From Octopus sinensis (taxonomy: Eukaryota), in contig NC_042999.1 of NCBI RefSeq assembly GCF_006345805.1, positions 152,644,001 to 152,708,000 of the forward strand: a stretch of 64,000 bases of DNA, read 5' to 3'. The translations under genes and the position numbers were made by a program. Shown here piece after piece: positions 36,913-51,143 of this stretch; positions within the stretch are counted from its first letter, which is position 1, and the number at the start of each line of letters is the position of its first letter. The notes beneath the pieces were generated by a model. That model made no database searches, was not told where the DNA came from, and saw nothing but the letters and a program-made list of their open reading frames with translations.

Positions 36913-39342
36913 CTCAAGCCCTGTAGAGAAGGATTAATAATGGAGACAAAGGAATGATCGAAGACATTACTAGTATCATTGAGGAAAACCTGGATATGGA
37001 AATAAATGGATTCGGGAAAGTAGATAGAAATTTGCTCAGGAGATGGACCCTTAAGGGGAATAGAATGCTGAAAGAAATCAAGACAAATAATATAACCGGA
37101 ACGAATAGATTGATTAAAGCCTGCATCATGGATACTGGAAAGAAAATAGGCTTCGAACCAAGCCGTAAATGTGGGGATGAAAAAAAAAGGAGCTTGGGGG
37201 AAAAGAAGAATAAAACATTCGATGAAGGAACTACGAAAACATATCAACATGTTGGAAAGAAAGAAAGAAAAAAGTGAAATGAAGAGGAAGGAGAAATATC
37301 AGGAAGTAGAACGTGTATATAAGATAAAGAAAAAGGGGCTAAATGTGGTCCTTGAAGTACTGAAACAAGGGCTACAGGTTAAAGAAACAAAGATCAAGAG
37401 ACATGACCAAAGAATTGAAGAATATAAAATCAACAGATTGTTCGAACAAGACCAGAAAAGGGATTATCAACAGACGAATGGAAAGGTTAGTAGCAGTGAG
37501 AGACCGGACGCTGAAGAATATAAAAGGGTTTAGAATAACATCTGGGATAATGGAAGAAAGCATAACAAAGATGTTAAATGGTTGAAGGAATTAAGGTCGG
37601 AAAAATATGAAGTGAAACAGAGAAACATTTGAATAACGACTGAAATGGTAACCGAACTGACGACAAAGATCACAAATCTGGAAACGACCAGGAACTGATG
37701 GGGGACAAGGATATTGGCTGAAAAATTTCCCAGCACTACACAGAAGAATAACTACGCAAATGGATAAAAGGATCAACAATGGGTGTACATATCCCAAAGT
37801 GGCTGACCACAAGTAAAGCAATTCTTTGCCAAAAGGATCCCAGCAAAAGCAATGCAGTGGATGATTACCAGCCTACCACATGTCTGCCACTGATGTGGAA
37901 GCTGATGACAGAAATAATATCTGATTATGTGTATAACTTTCTGGAAGTGAATGATAAATTGCCAGTGGAACAAAAAGGGTGCAGAAGGAAAAGTCGGTCG
38001 ACAAAAGATCAACTCCTGATAGACAGAATGGTACTGAACGACTGCAAGAAAAGACTTACTAATCTGGGCATGGCATGAATCGAGTATAAGAAAGCGTATG
38101 GCATAGGTCCCCCATTCCTGGATTTTAGAAAGTCTTGAGCTGGTACAGGTGTCTCATAACATATCAAATTTTATAAGATCAATGAAAAACTGGAATACAG
38201 AGTTAACTTCATGTGGAAAATTTTTGGCGACGGTTAACATTAAGCGAGGTATATTTCAAGAAGATAGCCCATCAACATCCCTGTTTGTGATTTTGTGTGA
38301 TCCCCCTCACACAGATACTTCGGAAAGTGACATCGGGGTATACCTTGAAAAATGTAGGAAAATGAAATCATCTGTTATATATGGATGATTTAACGATCTT
38401 TGGAAAGACAGAACGTGAAATAAATGGCCTGGTTTCAACAATGCTGATATTCAGTAAGGATATCGGAATGGAATTTGGAACTAAAAAGTGTGGTATGTTT
38501 ATAATTCAAAGAAGCAAAGTAGTGTCGTCTGATGGTGTAGAGCTACTCAACAGCGAGAAAATCATGGATATTGAGACTAATAGATATAAATATCTGGGGA
38601 TTTGGGAGTACGATAAAATCCAGGTAAGAGAAATGAAGGAAAGCTTTAGACGAGAATACCTGAGAAGAACCACGTTAATTATAGGAGGTAGACCCAACAG
38701 GAAGAAAAAAAAACCCAAACCAGGGTAATGAACGCATGAGCAGTTTCTTAATGCGATACGGAGCAGGGGCTGTTTGATAAACAAAGAACGAGTTTGAGGA
38801 AATGGAGAGGAAAACTAGAAAAGTGATAACAATTAACAAGATGCTACAACTCAAAAATGATACTGACGGACTGTATATGCCTAGAAACAGGGGTACAAGA
38901 GGTCTCATAGGATGCCAGATCCATGCTGCCAATGAGAAGAACAGTCTAGGATGGTACATCAAACAGCAGTGTGAATCCTTGCTTGCTGCTGTTAGAATTA
39001 ACAATATAATACCTACCGAAAATGTGATGCACCCACAAACATCTAAGAAACAAGATGAAGAAGAAAGAGTAAAGAATTGGAAAATGAAATCACTGCATGG
39101 GCAATATCTCAGAGAAATCGAAGGAAAAGACGAGATCAATACTTGGAGATGGCTAAGAAGACGTGATCTGATATGCAGCGCCCAGGAACAAGCTCTGAGA
39201 ACTACTAACACCAAATTCCAAATAGATAAAAATAGCGAATCACCCCTTTGTAGGATGTGTGGCAGCAGAAACAAAACAATCTCACATATTATGAGTGAGT
39301 GTAGCAAGCTGACCGAAAAGCACTACAAAAGGAGGCACGATA
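36913..39342 (+). pseudogene. R4/Dong-clade non-LTR retrotransposon ORF (RT plus CCHC), multiply frameshifted
   Basis: [82 protein letters not shown] and CRMCGSRNKTISHIMSEC...RRHD. The RLE part was lost at the adjacent SINE. Confidence 0.92.
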
Positions 39343-39360
39343 TACATATATATATGTATA

Positions 39361-39601
39361 TTTTATTTGTTTCAGTCATTTGGATGCGACCATGCTGGAG
39401 CACCGCCTTTAGTCGACCAAATTGATCCCAGGACTTATTCTTTGTAAGCCTAGTACTTATTTTATCGTCCTCTATTGCCAAACAGCTAAGTCATGGGGAC
39501 GTAAACATACCAACATCGGCTTCAAGCGATGGTGGGGTGACAAACACTGACACACAAACACATACATAGACAATATATACATACACACACACACACATAT
39601 A

Positions 39602-39633
<32 letters not shown>

Positions 39634-39795
39634 CGACAGGCCTCTTTCAGTTTCCGACTACCAAATCCACTCAAAAGGCTTTGATCGGCCCGAAGCTATA
39701 GTAGAAGACACTTGCCCAAGAAGCCACGCAGTGGGACTGAACCCGGAACCATGTGGTTGGTAAGCAAGCTTCTTACCACACAGCCACTCCTGCGC
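39361..39795 (-). mobile_element. Full-length SINE family A
   Basis: Reverse complement of the 9946-10350 consensus. Further decayed family A pieces follow at 39830-40180. Confidence 0.9.
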
Positions 39796-41761
39796 GTATA
39801 TATACACATATACATATATACATACAAGCATACATGATGGGTTTCTTTCAGTCTCCGCCTACCTAGTCCACTCACAACGCTTCCGTGGGCCTGGAGTTAG
39901 AGTAGAAGATATTTACCCGATGTGCCACCCAGTAAGAATGGACCAAGAATCATGTAATTGGGAAGCAAGAGTCATACCACACAGTCACACCTTTGCCTGT
40001 GCGTCGCAGCTTGACAACGTCTTGGCTTCTTTTAGAGCCCCTATAACTTTGCAGTACGGCAAAGGAGACCGATAGACTAAGTACCAGAGTTTTAAAAATA
40101 AGCACTGCATTGCGATTAGCTCGACTAAAATTCGTCGAGGCGGTGCTCTAGTATGGCCGCGGTCCAATGACAGTCGTTAAAGTGAAAGATAAATGTGTGA
40201 GCGTGTGTGTGTGTCCGTGTGTGTGATTATTCCGTATTAATAAGTTTCGAATGAAACTGTAGGAGTTCCAAAGCTACAATATTATAAAATAAATGAATAA
40301 ATAACTAAATAAATTCTAGCTGTATTTAGTTAAGGTAATGCCTTCAAGTATTTTCCAGACTCAATTCTACGCCACACTAATTTACCATTCCGAACACAAT
40401 TTTCTTTACACTTCAGTCTAATTCCTTTAATTCATTTGGACACACGCATACACGAGTCTCCCCCTACTCTCTTTCTTCCCTCTCTTTCTCTTCTCCTCCC
40501 ATCTTTACTCTCTTTGTCTTGCCTCGTTTTCTCTCTTTGTATCCTATACTACGTCACTGTTACTCCACCTTCCTCTTACTCCACCCCCCCACTTTCGTCT
40601 CTCTTTTTATTATATTTTCTCCTCGTCTCTTTATGTATATGACATCCCCCAGTTTCAGTATATGACAATGAAATGATCTTGGCAGATTGGTAGGAAGCCG
40701 TTGTGGTGGCTGCCTATTCGTTCGTTATAATCATACAATTTAGCATCTTGTCGAAGCGAAGCACTTAGAGGCTGAAGAATTAAAGCGGCGGCTTCTACGC
40801 ATTTCCTTTTCGCTTCATAGAAAAGAGGACGCCCACCCCATTAAAATATTCTTTTCCGCCACAACTCCTTTTATTTCATTTTATTTTATTTATATATGTA
40901 TATTTTTTTTTTCTACTCTGAACAAAAAGTTATCCTAGAAAAAAAAAAGACTTGCTGTGTAATTCTTAGAACAATGAAGTTTGATCTTTAAAAATGGCAG
41001 CCCTGAATGAAAGGGGGAAAAAAATCTAAAAATAATAATTATAATTACTCTCAGAAACAAAAGTGTGCAGATGGGGTTCAGATAGGGATTTCTAAATCTT
41101 TACAAAAGACATAGTGTAGCTGTGTTGAATGAAGATTACGTGACGCTCATACGGCTCTCAGTAGTCATTTGTGTTCCTGGTTTTATGTTTTGAAACATGA
41201 ATCAAAACTGGGTCTCTAGATTAGAAACCGCCTCACCAGGATGCTTTCTGTATTTTAAGATATGCCACAAAGAAAGGTGAAGGCGTGTGGCCTAGTGCTT
41301 AGAGCATTGTTCTAACGATCGCAAGATTGTAGTTTCGATTTCAGGATCGAAAGGATGACCCAAAGAGAGGAAACCTCTAAGTGGTTGCTGTATTTGCAAG
41401 ACATAGTGAACAAATCTCCCTCAAACTATGTTTTTCTGCTTTGAAAAGGAAGAATAGATTGAATAATGAGACATTAAATGGCTTATATCTGAAAACTGTA
41501 GGATAGTCACGGCTGGAATGCTTTTGATAATAAGTTTCATCAATCAGTGATGATCATGAATTAAAGTATAATGACTAACAAATGAATTACATTTAATTGG
41601 GCAGGATAACTCCTTCTACTAAATGAAATGATCTTGGTATAAAACCCTGAGTTGCTGCGAAAGGAGTCTAATCAGTTGGTTTCACTTAGAGTACGGTTAT
41701 ATGAACTCACAACAGCAAGATTAGACTCAGAGATCGTTACCAAGAGCTATATTCACGTAGA

Positions 41762-41950
41762 AAGCTGGTAGAGTTGTTAGCACGCCGAGCATCTCGTTCT
41801 GAATTCAAATCCTGTCGAGGTCGACTTTGCTTTTCATTCCTTCGGGGTTGATAAAATAAGTACCAGTCATGTACTGGTGGGGGGCGTCGATGTAATCGAT
41901 TTACCTTTTTTTCTCTGAACTTGCTGGCCTTGTGCCAAAATTTAAAGCTA
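41762..41950 (+). mobile_element. SINE family B monomer, degenerate
   Basis: GAGGTCGACTTTGCTTTTCATTCCTTCGGGGTTGATAAAATAAGTACCAG with the CTGAACTTGCTGGCCTTGTGCCAAAATTT tail. Confidence 0.8.
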
Positions 41951-42319
41951 ATATTTAACTGAGAAAATGAAATAACAACGGCGAGGTCTAAACTGGAATA
42001 TTTGAGAAGTAGTACATTCGAGTGCTTCAAATCAGTATTTCACTGGGAAATGAAACCCTCTCCAACAAAGTGGCGAAATCTAAACTCTGAAATAGTCCAG
42101 AAAAAATTATATTCAATTAAGTCTATTTCCATTTATTCATTGATACATATTTTACTGATTGCGGAAAGCAAAGAAAAAAGACCCTTGTAACTGAAGAAAA
42201 AAATGCCGATCTCAGCGGTATCTGAACCCTGAACGTAATGCGATGTGACTATCGCTGTCCATATTTAACCAACAATCCACCAATTGTACCCTCGCGGTAG
42301 TTATTGTAATAAATGAATG

Positions 42320-42741
42320 AAGGCAGCGAGCTGGCAGAAACGTTAGCATGTCGGGCGAAATAGCGGTATTTCGTCTGCCGTTACGTTCTGAGTTCAAATT
42401 CCGCCGAGGTTGACTTTGCCTTTCATCCTTTCGGAGTCGATATATTAAGTACCAGTTACGCACTGGGGTCGATGTAATCGACTTAATCCGTTTGTCCGTC
42501 CTTGTTTGTTCTCTCTGTGTATAACCCGTTCTGGGTAGTAAAGAAATAGGTATTTCGTCTGTCTTTACGTTCTGAGTTCAAATTCCGCCGAGGTCGACTT
42601 TGCCTTTCATCCTTTCGGGGTCGATTAAATATGTACCAGTTATGCACCGGGGGGGGGGTCAATATAATCGACTTAATCCGTTTGTCTGTCCTTGTTTGTC
42701 TCCTCTGTGTTTAGCCCCTTTTGGGTAGTAAAGAAATAGGT
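42320..42741 (+). mobile_element. SINE family B dimer (one head)
   Basis: GGTATT recurs at 42367, 42551 (184-bp period) and 42741. Confidence 0.9.
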
Positions 42742-45700
42742 ATTATAATAAATAAATATATTTATTTCTTTATAGCTGGTTTTCATATTTAGAAATAAGT
42801 GAATATTCTAATTTCTCTATTCCCTAAATATTAGGTCTTTGAACATAGTTAATGGCGGTGAGAGGACGGAACCAGTGAAGCATTGATAAAATATGTTACG
42901 ACAGTTGTTCCGGATCTCTGCCCTCTCAGTTCAAATTCCACATGTGTGCTTCTAGACACGCTTGGTTGTACTCTGAATATATATCGGAATTATGACAACC
43001 AATAGGTCATCATAAGACCTTCATTTATTATCTGTGCAAAACAATTTCAAATCAATATAATTTGTAATTAAATGAATCGTCCTGCTTCACAATTGTCTTT
43101 CAGACAGTTACATGGACATCTATTCCTACTTTATTGAAATTGATATTTAAATGTGATTTTTAGTCAATTATTGATTTAAGGGATCAAACATTGAAGTTAT
43201 ATTTTTAGGGTGGTTGCTTAGCCTCAGTTCTATCCTAGCTGATCCGATTTATGATCAAATATTTTCCTCCCACGACCATCCTATGTGGATAAAAATTCTC
43301 ATCTAAATAACTAACTTGTATTTGTAGAAACCCTTACATCTACCCACTTAGAATTTTGTGCTTTATTTTCAAGTAGAGATATATAGAATAAGAGTAATAG
43401 TTGTCGATGTTAATGAGGGGAATTTCTGTAACTTACTGCAAATACCTTCTAGTTCCAATATAACCAGCATACACACTAATTCAGGTTTAAAGAAAGAGAA
43501 CTCTAGATATCTGCATTATATCTCTTCAAAACTAAGAGACTGTGACATGAGATGTAATGTATATATGTTATAGATATATCACATCTGTACAAATATGTGC
43601 ACGGAAATTGTAGAAAATATATGATTGAGAAATTCTAGAACCTGGAAGAGCCAGCAATATCACTGAACAGAAGAACCGAGACACTGTTTCTCTACCGTCG
43701 GAGAAGAATCTTTGTGAGCCTCCATCCACTAGGAGGAATACAAGATGGATTTCACAAGCAATCCAAATGGATGCAGTGTATTCTCTTAACATTCATAAGT
43801 CAAAACAGAAATCTCACTCCAACATAGCAGTGAAACCAGCCAAGGCGTATTAGCAGATTCTGGGATTGTGTGCTACAGCAGCTGACCGCTCTCAACCAAT
43901 GAAATTTGATTCATTTAGTAACATGTCAACATAAATGATTTATGTTGATATTGAATGATTTAACTTACGTGATATGAATCCCTGCAGAGTAACGTAGAAA
44001 CAATATACAAACTCCTAATATGTGAGTATGTACCTGTGCATGTGTAAAATATATATATATGTGCATATGTATGCAGATATTTATTTTGTCATGGTCGATA
44101 AGTCGATGTGTCGAACAAAACGAATTTCGATATTTGTTTTGTGCGAGTTGCGCCCCTTTAATGCTAAGGTGGGCTGACATAACCTATTACGTAAATAGAA
44201 ATCATTATATATAAACATCAGCCAAAAACTGGGGTCACTAAAATCGACAAAGACCCTTGAAGGCAGTGCTGTATATTAAGGACACAATCCAATGATTGAA
44301 GCCAGTATATATAATATATAATAGTTCCACATAATTAAACGTTGATAATATTTTCTTTTAGGAAAATCTGTATAACATAACTAGAAGCTCTTTATCTCCG
44401 TTGGTTTCTTACAAACTATTGAGAAGATTGCGCATGTATATAGAACTGGTCCCATGAGGAACAGACATTGAGATCTTAAAATAGCAATGTTGTAGTTTGG
44501 TCATTGGCCAATAGACTACTCATTAATTGTTATTCTATTATGGCTAGAGGACAATTATCAAGCTTGGCCTGGCCTGGCCTGGCCTCATTTTCTTCGGATC
44601 AGCTGTGTGCGTGTGTGTATATGCGTGTGGAGGGGATGTGACTGTATGTGTGTGCGTCTGCGTGTGCGTGTGTGTGTGAGTGTGTGTGTATGTGTGTGTG
44701 GTCCTGTGAATTCTGTTTAAGCGTAGTCTTTTACGTAGACAGCATAAATCTCCACGCCTTTGTTTGTAAAGTATTCTTGCAGGCTATGTTGACAAACAGT
44801 ATTTTCAAATTCTTGCCACCAATGAGTGAATGCTTAACATCTTTTGCACACACACAACACACATTTACAACGATGATGATGATGATGATGATGGTGATGG
44901 TGATGGTGGTGGTGGTGGTGGTGGTGATGGTGGTGGTGGTTCTGATGAAGGTGATGATGATGATGATGATGATGAAGATGATGATGATGATGATGATGAT
45001 GATGGTGATGGTGACGATGATGATGATGATGACGACGATGACGATGATGATGATGACGACGATGATGATGATGATGATGACGATGATGATGATGATGATG
45101 ATGGTGATGATGATAATGATGTCACTGATAATAATGATGAAGAAGACTATACCGATGCTGATGAGGACGACCACGACAACGATATTGACGATGATACCGA
45201 TAATGCAGATGATGATGATGATGAGGAGGATGATGATGATGATCACTATCGTCTAAGGAATCTTCTGATGCACTTAGAGCTTTATATTGTCATTGGTTTT
45301 ATATTTATTTATTTTTTCTTTTGTGCCAAGAGGTAAGTTAACTTGCCTGATTGGGCAATTTAAATTGAAACGCAATAATATTAATTGCATCGTCATCAAG
45401 GTATTAAGAAAATTATCCTTTAAGAGAACGTAAGAAAAAAAAGAAAAAAGAAAAAAGAAAAAAGAAGAAAAAAACAGAAACAACGCAGAAAAAATTATCT
45501 ATAGGAACAACAACATCGACAACAACAATAACAACAACAGCAGTGAAAATACAACAGTAATTGGTTTTTGCTCTCGGAAACACAGCCAGGCGTTATAATG
45601 ACCACAAACAATGATAGAAGTCGAATGATAAAGATGAGAAATGTAGACATGGCTTCTATTAATAGTTACCGAGTCTTCCCTCAACTAATAACCTATTATA

Positions 45701-46102
45701 CTTTCTGTCAGAGCCAATGAACGCTTATGCTTTACATTGCCAGAAATTCCCTCAGGCCCAGCAGAATTGAAGACGGAGTGAAGTAGAAGTGTTGGAGAAG
45801 CGGCACATGCGATTCTTAATACCTATTATAGACAAAGAAGGATTCAGAGATTGAGTTCTCTGATATGGAACTTCTGGTGCCAATATTGATTCTAGTTAAA
45901 GTTGTAAAAGAAAAAGTTGTCAGAAGAGAAAAATTATGCTTAATTGTGTAAAATGTTTAAGAAAAAGTGCAATTCCATTTTTTAACGGAGTTTATTCAGT
46001 TCACATTCACGTCGGAGAGATAGTAAAGAAAATGGTTGAAACGAGGTTGCGCTGTTAACTGTTTTATTTTAACCAAGACAATGTCTATGAAACTCCCAGT
46101 AA

Positions 46103-46413
46103 GTGGAGGCACATGGCCTGGTGGTTAGAGTAGCGGACTCGTGGTCGAGGGATCGCGGGTTCGAATCTCAGACCGGGCGATGTGTGTGTTTATGAGCGAA
46201 ACACTTGAGCCCCACGCGGCTCCGGCAGAAGGTAATGGCGAACTTCTACTGACTCTTTCGCCACAACTTTCTCTCACTCTTTCCTCCTGCATCTTGCAGC
46301 TCACTTGCGACGGACCGGCGTCCCGTCCAGGTGGGGAACCTATACGCCAAGGTAACCGGGAAACCGGACCTATGAGCCAGGCATGGCTCGAGAAGGAACA
46401 AACAAAAAACAAA
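46103..46413 (+). mobile_element. Full-length tRNA-derived SINE (family D)
   Basis: GTGGAGGCACATGGCCTGGTGGTTAG (A box), GGGTTCGAATCTC (B box) and an (AAAC)n-like tail. Confidence 0.88.
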
Positions 46414-46674
46414 CTCTCGGTAACTGTTAAAGTTGTGACAAAAAGTAAATGATGCTTTTGGAAGAAAGGAATCATAGCTATTTCAAATGTTAAAAACAGT
46501 AATTCCACAGTTGAACGTAGATCTATTCATTTTAAATCTCAATGGTTTGTTATTGAGGAATAGAGCCAAAACAGTGTCGTTTTCAGCTGTTCCGACCAAT
46601 ACCGTGTCCATAGGCGGACTACAGTAAATCAACGAATCCTTCAGTGATAATCTTATATTATTTATATTTATATA

Positions 46675-46847
46675 GGCGTAGGAATGGGTGTGTGGTAAGT
46701 AGCTTGCTTACCAACCACATGGTTCCGGGTTCAGTCCCACTGCACAGCATCTTGGGCAAGAGTCTTCTGCTATAGCCTCGGGCCGACAAAAGCCTTGTGA
46801 GTGGATTTGGTAGACGGAAACTGAAAGAAGCCCGTCGAATATATGTG

Positions 46848-46886
<39 letters not shown>

Positions 46887-47100
46887 ATGTTTGTGTGTCT
46901 GTGCTTGTCTCCCAGCATCGCTTGACAACCGACGTTGGTGTGTTTACGTCCCCGTAACTTAGCGGTTCGGCAAAAGAGACCGATAGAAAAAGTACTAGGC
47001 TTACAAAAAATAAGTGCTGGGGTCAATTTGTTCGACTAAAGGTGGTGCTCCAGCATGGCCACAGTGAAATGACGGAAACAAGTAAAAGAGTAAAAGAGTA
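46675..47100 (+). mobile_element. Full-length SINE family A
   Basis: Same head, CORE-like segment, microsatellite and AAAAGAGT x2 tail as 9946-10350. Confidence 0.92.
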
Positions 47101-47223
47101 TTACAGCGATGATAATGTAATTAATCATGATTCTGTGATAAATAATGAACTCCAATTAATTATAAACTCTGTATTGTACTAGTGATGCTATACGGATCAT
47201 CACTATTTTGGTTTGTAATAAAA

Positions 47224-47435
47224 GAGGCGAGCTGGCAGAATCGTTAGCACGTCGGGCAGAATGCTTAGCGGCATGTAGTCCATCCTTACGTTCTGTGTTC
47301 AAATTCCACCGGGGTCGACTGTGCCTTTCTTCCTTTCGGGGTCAATAAAATAAGTAACAGTTGAGTATTGGGGTCGATCCAATCGACTGGCCCCCTCCCT
47401 AAAAATTTCGGGCCTTGTGCCTAGAGTAGAAAAGA
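47224..47435 (+). mobile_element. SINE family B monomer
   Basis: GGCGAGCTGGCAGAATCGTTAGC head with the AATTTCGGGCCTTGTGCCTAGAGTAGAAA tail. Confidence 0.85.
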
Positions 47436-47791
47436 TTATTCAATCTGTTCTTCCTTTTCAAAACAGAAAAATAGTTTCAGTGAGATTTGATCCCTATTTC
47501 TTGCAATTACAGCAAACACTTAGAGGTTTCCTAACCACCCTACGAAATTGATAGCCTTTTCCTAAAGCTTGAAACCAATATTCTTGTTAGTAGTATGAAA
47601 TATGGTCTTATAAGAACCCAGCGTAAAAGCGCATGGCTCAGTGGTTAGAATGTCAGACTCACAGCCATGAGAGAATGAGTTTAATTCCCGGGCCGGGCTA
47701 TTTGTTGATTTCTTCAACCTACACAAGTTAAAATGTGAAAAACAAAATAGAAATTATAATAAAACTAATTTTTAAGCATCAAATGGCCATA

Positions 47792-47958
47792 GGCACAGGG
47801 GTGGCTGTGTGGTAAGTAGCTTGTTTACCAACCACATGGTTCCGGGTTCAGTCCCAGTGCGTGGCATCTTGGGCAAGTGTCTTCTGCTATAGCCCCGGGC
47901 CGACCAGTGCCTTGTGAGTGGGTTTGGTAGACGGAAACTGAAAGAAGCCTGTCGTATG

Positions 47959-47999
<41 letters not shown>

Positions 48000-48218
48000 G
48001 TGTGTGTTTGTGTGTCTGTGTTTGTCCCCCTAGCATTGCTTGACAACCGATGCTGGTGTGTTTACGTGCCCGTCACTTAGCGGTTCGGCAAAAGAGACCG
48101 ATAGAATAAGTACTGGGCTTACAAAGAATAAGTCCCGGGGTCGATTTGCTCGACTAATGGCGGTGCTCCAGCATGGCCGCAGTAAAATGACTGTAACAAG
48201 TAAAAGAGTAAAAGAGAA
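47792..48218 (+). mobile_element. Full-length SINE family A
   Basis: GGCACAGGGGTGGCTGTGTGGTAAG ... AAGTAAAAGAGTAAAAGAG. Confidence 0.92.
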
Positions 48219-48503
48219 TAGGGATCCGCTAGAATGAAATCGTAATCAAAGTGGTCCATAAATATGAAAAAAGATGGTTCTGAAACTCTGGTCTAATATA
48301 TTGTGATTTCCTAAATGACACACACCCACACCCATCCACACACGTGTGTGTGTTTATCTATCTCTCTAGCTCTTTATCTATCTATCTATATGCATATATA
48401 TATATATGTATATATATATACATACAGAAACACATATATGCATACATATACATATATATGCATATATATATATATATACATAACTATCGCTCTCTATCTA
48501 TCT

Positions 48504-48550
<47 letters not shown>

Positions 48551-49283
48551 AATCAAAACAAAAAATGGAACAAGAAAGTAACGGGCGATAACAAAAATTC
48601 GGTAAGTTAGATGATACAAAAAAAGGACATACATAAATATGTAGATACAAATATTACAATCGTACATCAATGTAGCAACATCTTAATACATTTCTATTGC
48701 ATAGTTCTACATCTTTATACAAATAACCGTTAGCTGTGAATACATCGCAATTATTTCGTTCCACTCCATGCTAATATTCTAGATTATTCGCTCTACAATT
48801 ATCGTATAACATATAAAGATCCTTCTCTCGGACCACGTGTCTATGACGTCATACACAAATATCCTGCGTGATTAAATTGTATATTAGGTAGACATCTTAT
48901 TTTCCTAAACATGTCTGCTTTTCTTCTTTTCCTCATATATGTGCGCCGTTTTTTGTTGTTGTTGTTGTTGTTGATGGTGTTGGTGGTGGTTATGGTAGTG
49001 GTAGTGGTGATGGTGGTGTATTTATTGATTGGCCTTAGAATTTTGTTTTAGTTTAGTTTTCGCCTGTTCCTCCTCCTCCTCATCTCATCTTACCCCTCAT
49101 CCTCATCCTATTTTCTAGCAATCTAGACACATTCTTCTTCTTCTTCTTCTTCTTCTTCTTCTTCTTCTTCTTCTTCTTCTTCTTCTTCTTCTTCTTCTTC
49201 ATCTTCTTCTTCATCTTCTTCTTCATCTTCTTGCTGCAAGTGTTATTGGTGTTACTGGTGTTGATGTTATTGTCCTTCTCAAT

Positions 49284-49340
<57 letters not shown>

Positions 49341-49570
49341 GCCACCACCACCACCACCACCACCATTAATTCGGATTGAGATACATTCATGTTTAGCAGC
49401 CTCGGGATAAAATAAGTTATATACATAGTGAGAGGTGGGGGGAGAAAGACTCATACATATATAATTATATATCTTCTTTTTCTTCTCCTTCTTCTTCTTC
49501 TCCTTCTTCTTCTTCTTCTTCTTCTCCTCCTTCTTCTTCTTCTTATAATTATTATTATTATTATTATTAC

Positions 49571-49612
<42 letters not shown>

Positions 49613-49618
49613 TATTAC

Positions 49619-49675
<57 letters not shown>

Positions 49676-50319
49676 CTTTTTTCCTTCATTTCTTTACCTT
49701 TTTATGACACTAATTTTCTTTCTGCTACTGTAGTTGTTATTGTTATTGTTGTTGCAGTTGTGGATTATATTGGTGTATAATAAACATACCTGCATGTTAC
49801 AAAGGTTTGTCTACGTAAAATGTAAGTGTTGTAGTATATAGCTACACAATCATAATTTCCATTGGTTTGCAATATTTTCTGATGCTTCAAAAATCAACCT
49901 TTATTTCTGCTCCAACGCCGAATATTTATTTCAATATTCTAATATTCTAATATTCTATTATTCGTAGATAAAATGGTATATGTATCACACTTTCTTCTAC
50001 AGAGGAAGAAGAAAGGGCGGTGGAGAGGAAGAAATGTTGGTGGGGGTATTTAATCGATTCCATTACCGACTGTGAGGTGTGTATAGGGATAATGGAAAAC
50101 AACATCTTGACAAAACGCTATATATGGTTATATATATATATATATATATATATATAACAGTACTTGGAGAAGAAGAACGGAACGAAACGAACGAATCGAA
50201 TCGAATCGACGCGAGGGCGCTCTGTCATACAATAGTGTAATAAATAAAATATATGCATACATACATACATACATATATGTACTTACCTACATCTACATGT
50301 GTATATACAGGCATATATA

Positions 50320-50760
50320 AATATATATACGTGAGTACAGGACACCACAAATAGACGTAGAACTCAACGAGAAACGAAAACGGAAAAACAAGCATGGAAC
50401 AAACCATTTATTTACAACGAAAAACAGAGTACAAGACAACCTACACAAGGAAAAATCCCCTTCATCAGCTGTCCCTAGTTCAACTCTAGCGTGTTTCGAA
50501 GGTAGGACAGAACACGACTCGTCAAACTAGCCCTTCCTGCGAGATAATTAAATGAAATTACTTCACAGAGGGGTAAAAACAAAGAAAGAAAAAAAATGTA
50601 ACACAAACAGGACGTAAAACCGATACAAATAAAATTACAAAATAAAATACAAGATAAAAATACATATACAAAAAAATACAATACGAGAAATAAAAAATAA
50701 ACAAACGAAAAAGGCCTTTTTTTGGCTTAGACGAAGAAGATTCTGGCGAGCGCAAGGGAA
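50320..50760 (-). mobile_element. Probable Penelope-like terminal repeat remnant with decayed hammerhead
   Basis: The minus strand has GAAGG...CCTTC-GAAACACGCTA, but the upstream CUGANGA is degraded. Confidence 0.35.
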
Positions 50761-51090
50761 AAAAGTGTTATGTATATACATAACAAGCGAAAATGCTAGT
50801 TCCAAAATCACTCTAGGAGATCAACAGTGTAGTTGTGAAGACAAGTAATATTCGTAGACACTTTAACACGGCTATTCGTTCGAATTGACTCTACTGTATA
50901 ACGTATGGTGTAATTATAAATAGGGCAAATTTTAGCCATTTCTCCGCAGACTGAAAAAAAACATGAACAACTTTAATTATTGGGGTCTTATCACAGGCGT
51001 CCACATCATTTTGTCTCCACAGAAACAAGCTGCCAAACTGTTTATATACTCGACAAATGCTGCAGTTACTCTATGAAGGAGTCCCTAATT

Positions 51091-51143
<53 letters not shown>

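Noticed and set aside
43629-43853. 75-codon open frame (EILEPGRASN...KPAKAY*) and nearby ORF 43358-43573 as a host terminal exon
   Set aside because: The composition is plausible, but the acceptor is weak, there is no recognisable domain and no partner exons; I cannot support it without transcript data.
46103-46185. Possible tRNA genes (also 700-783, 27740-27818, 47624-47700, 57690-57763)
   Set aside because: A and B boxes are present but there is no complete cloverleaf, and each continues into a shared SINE body.
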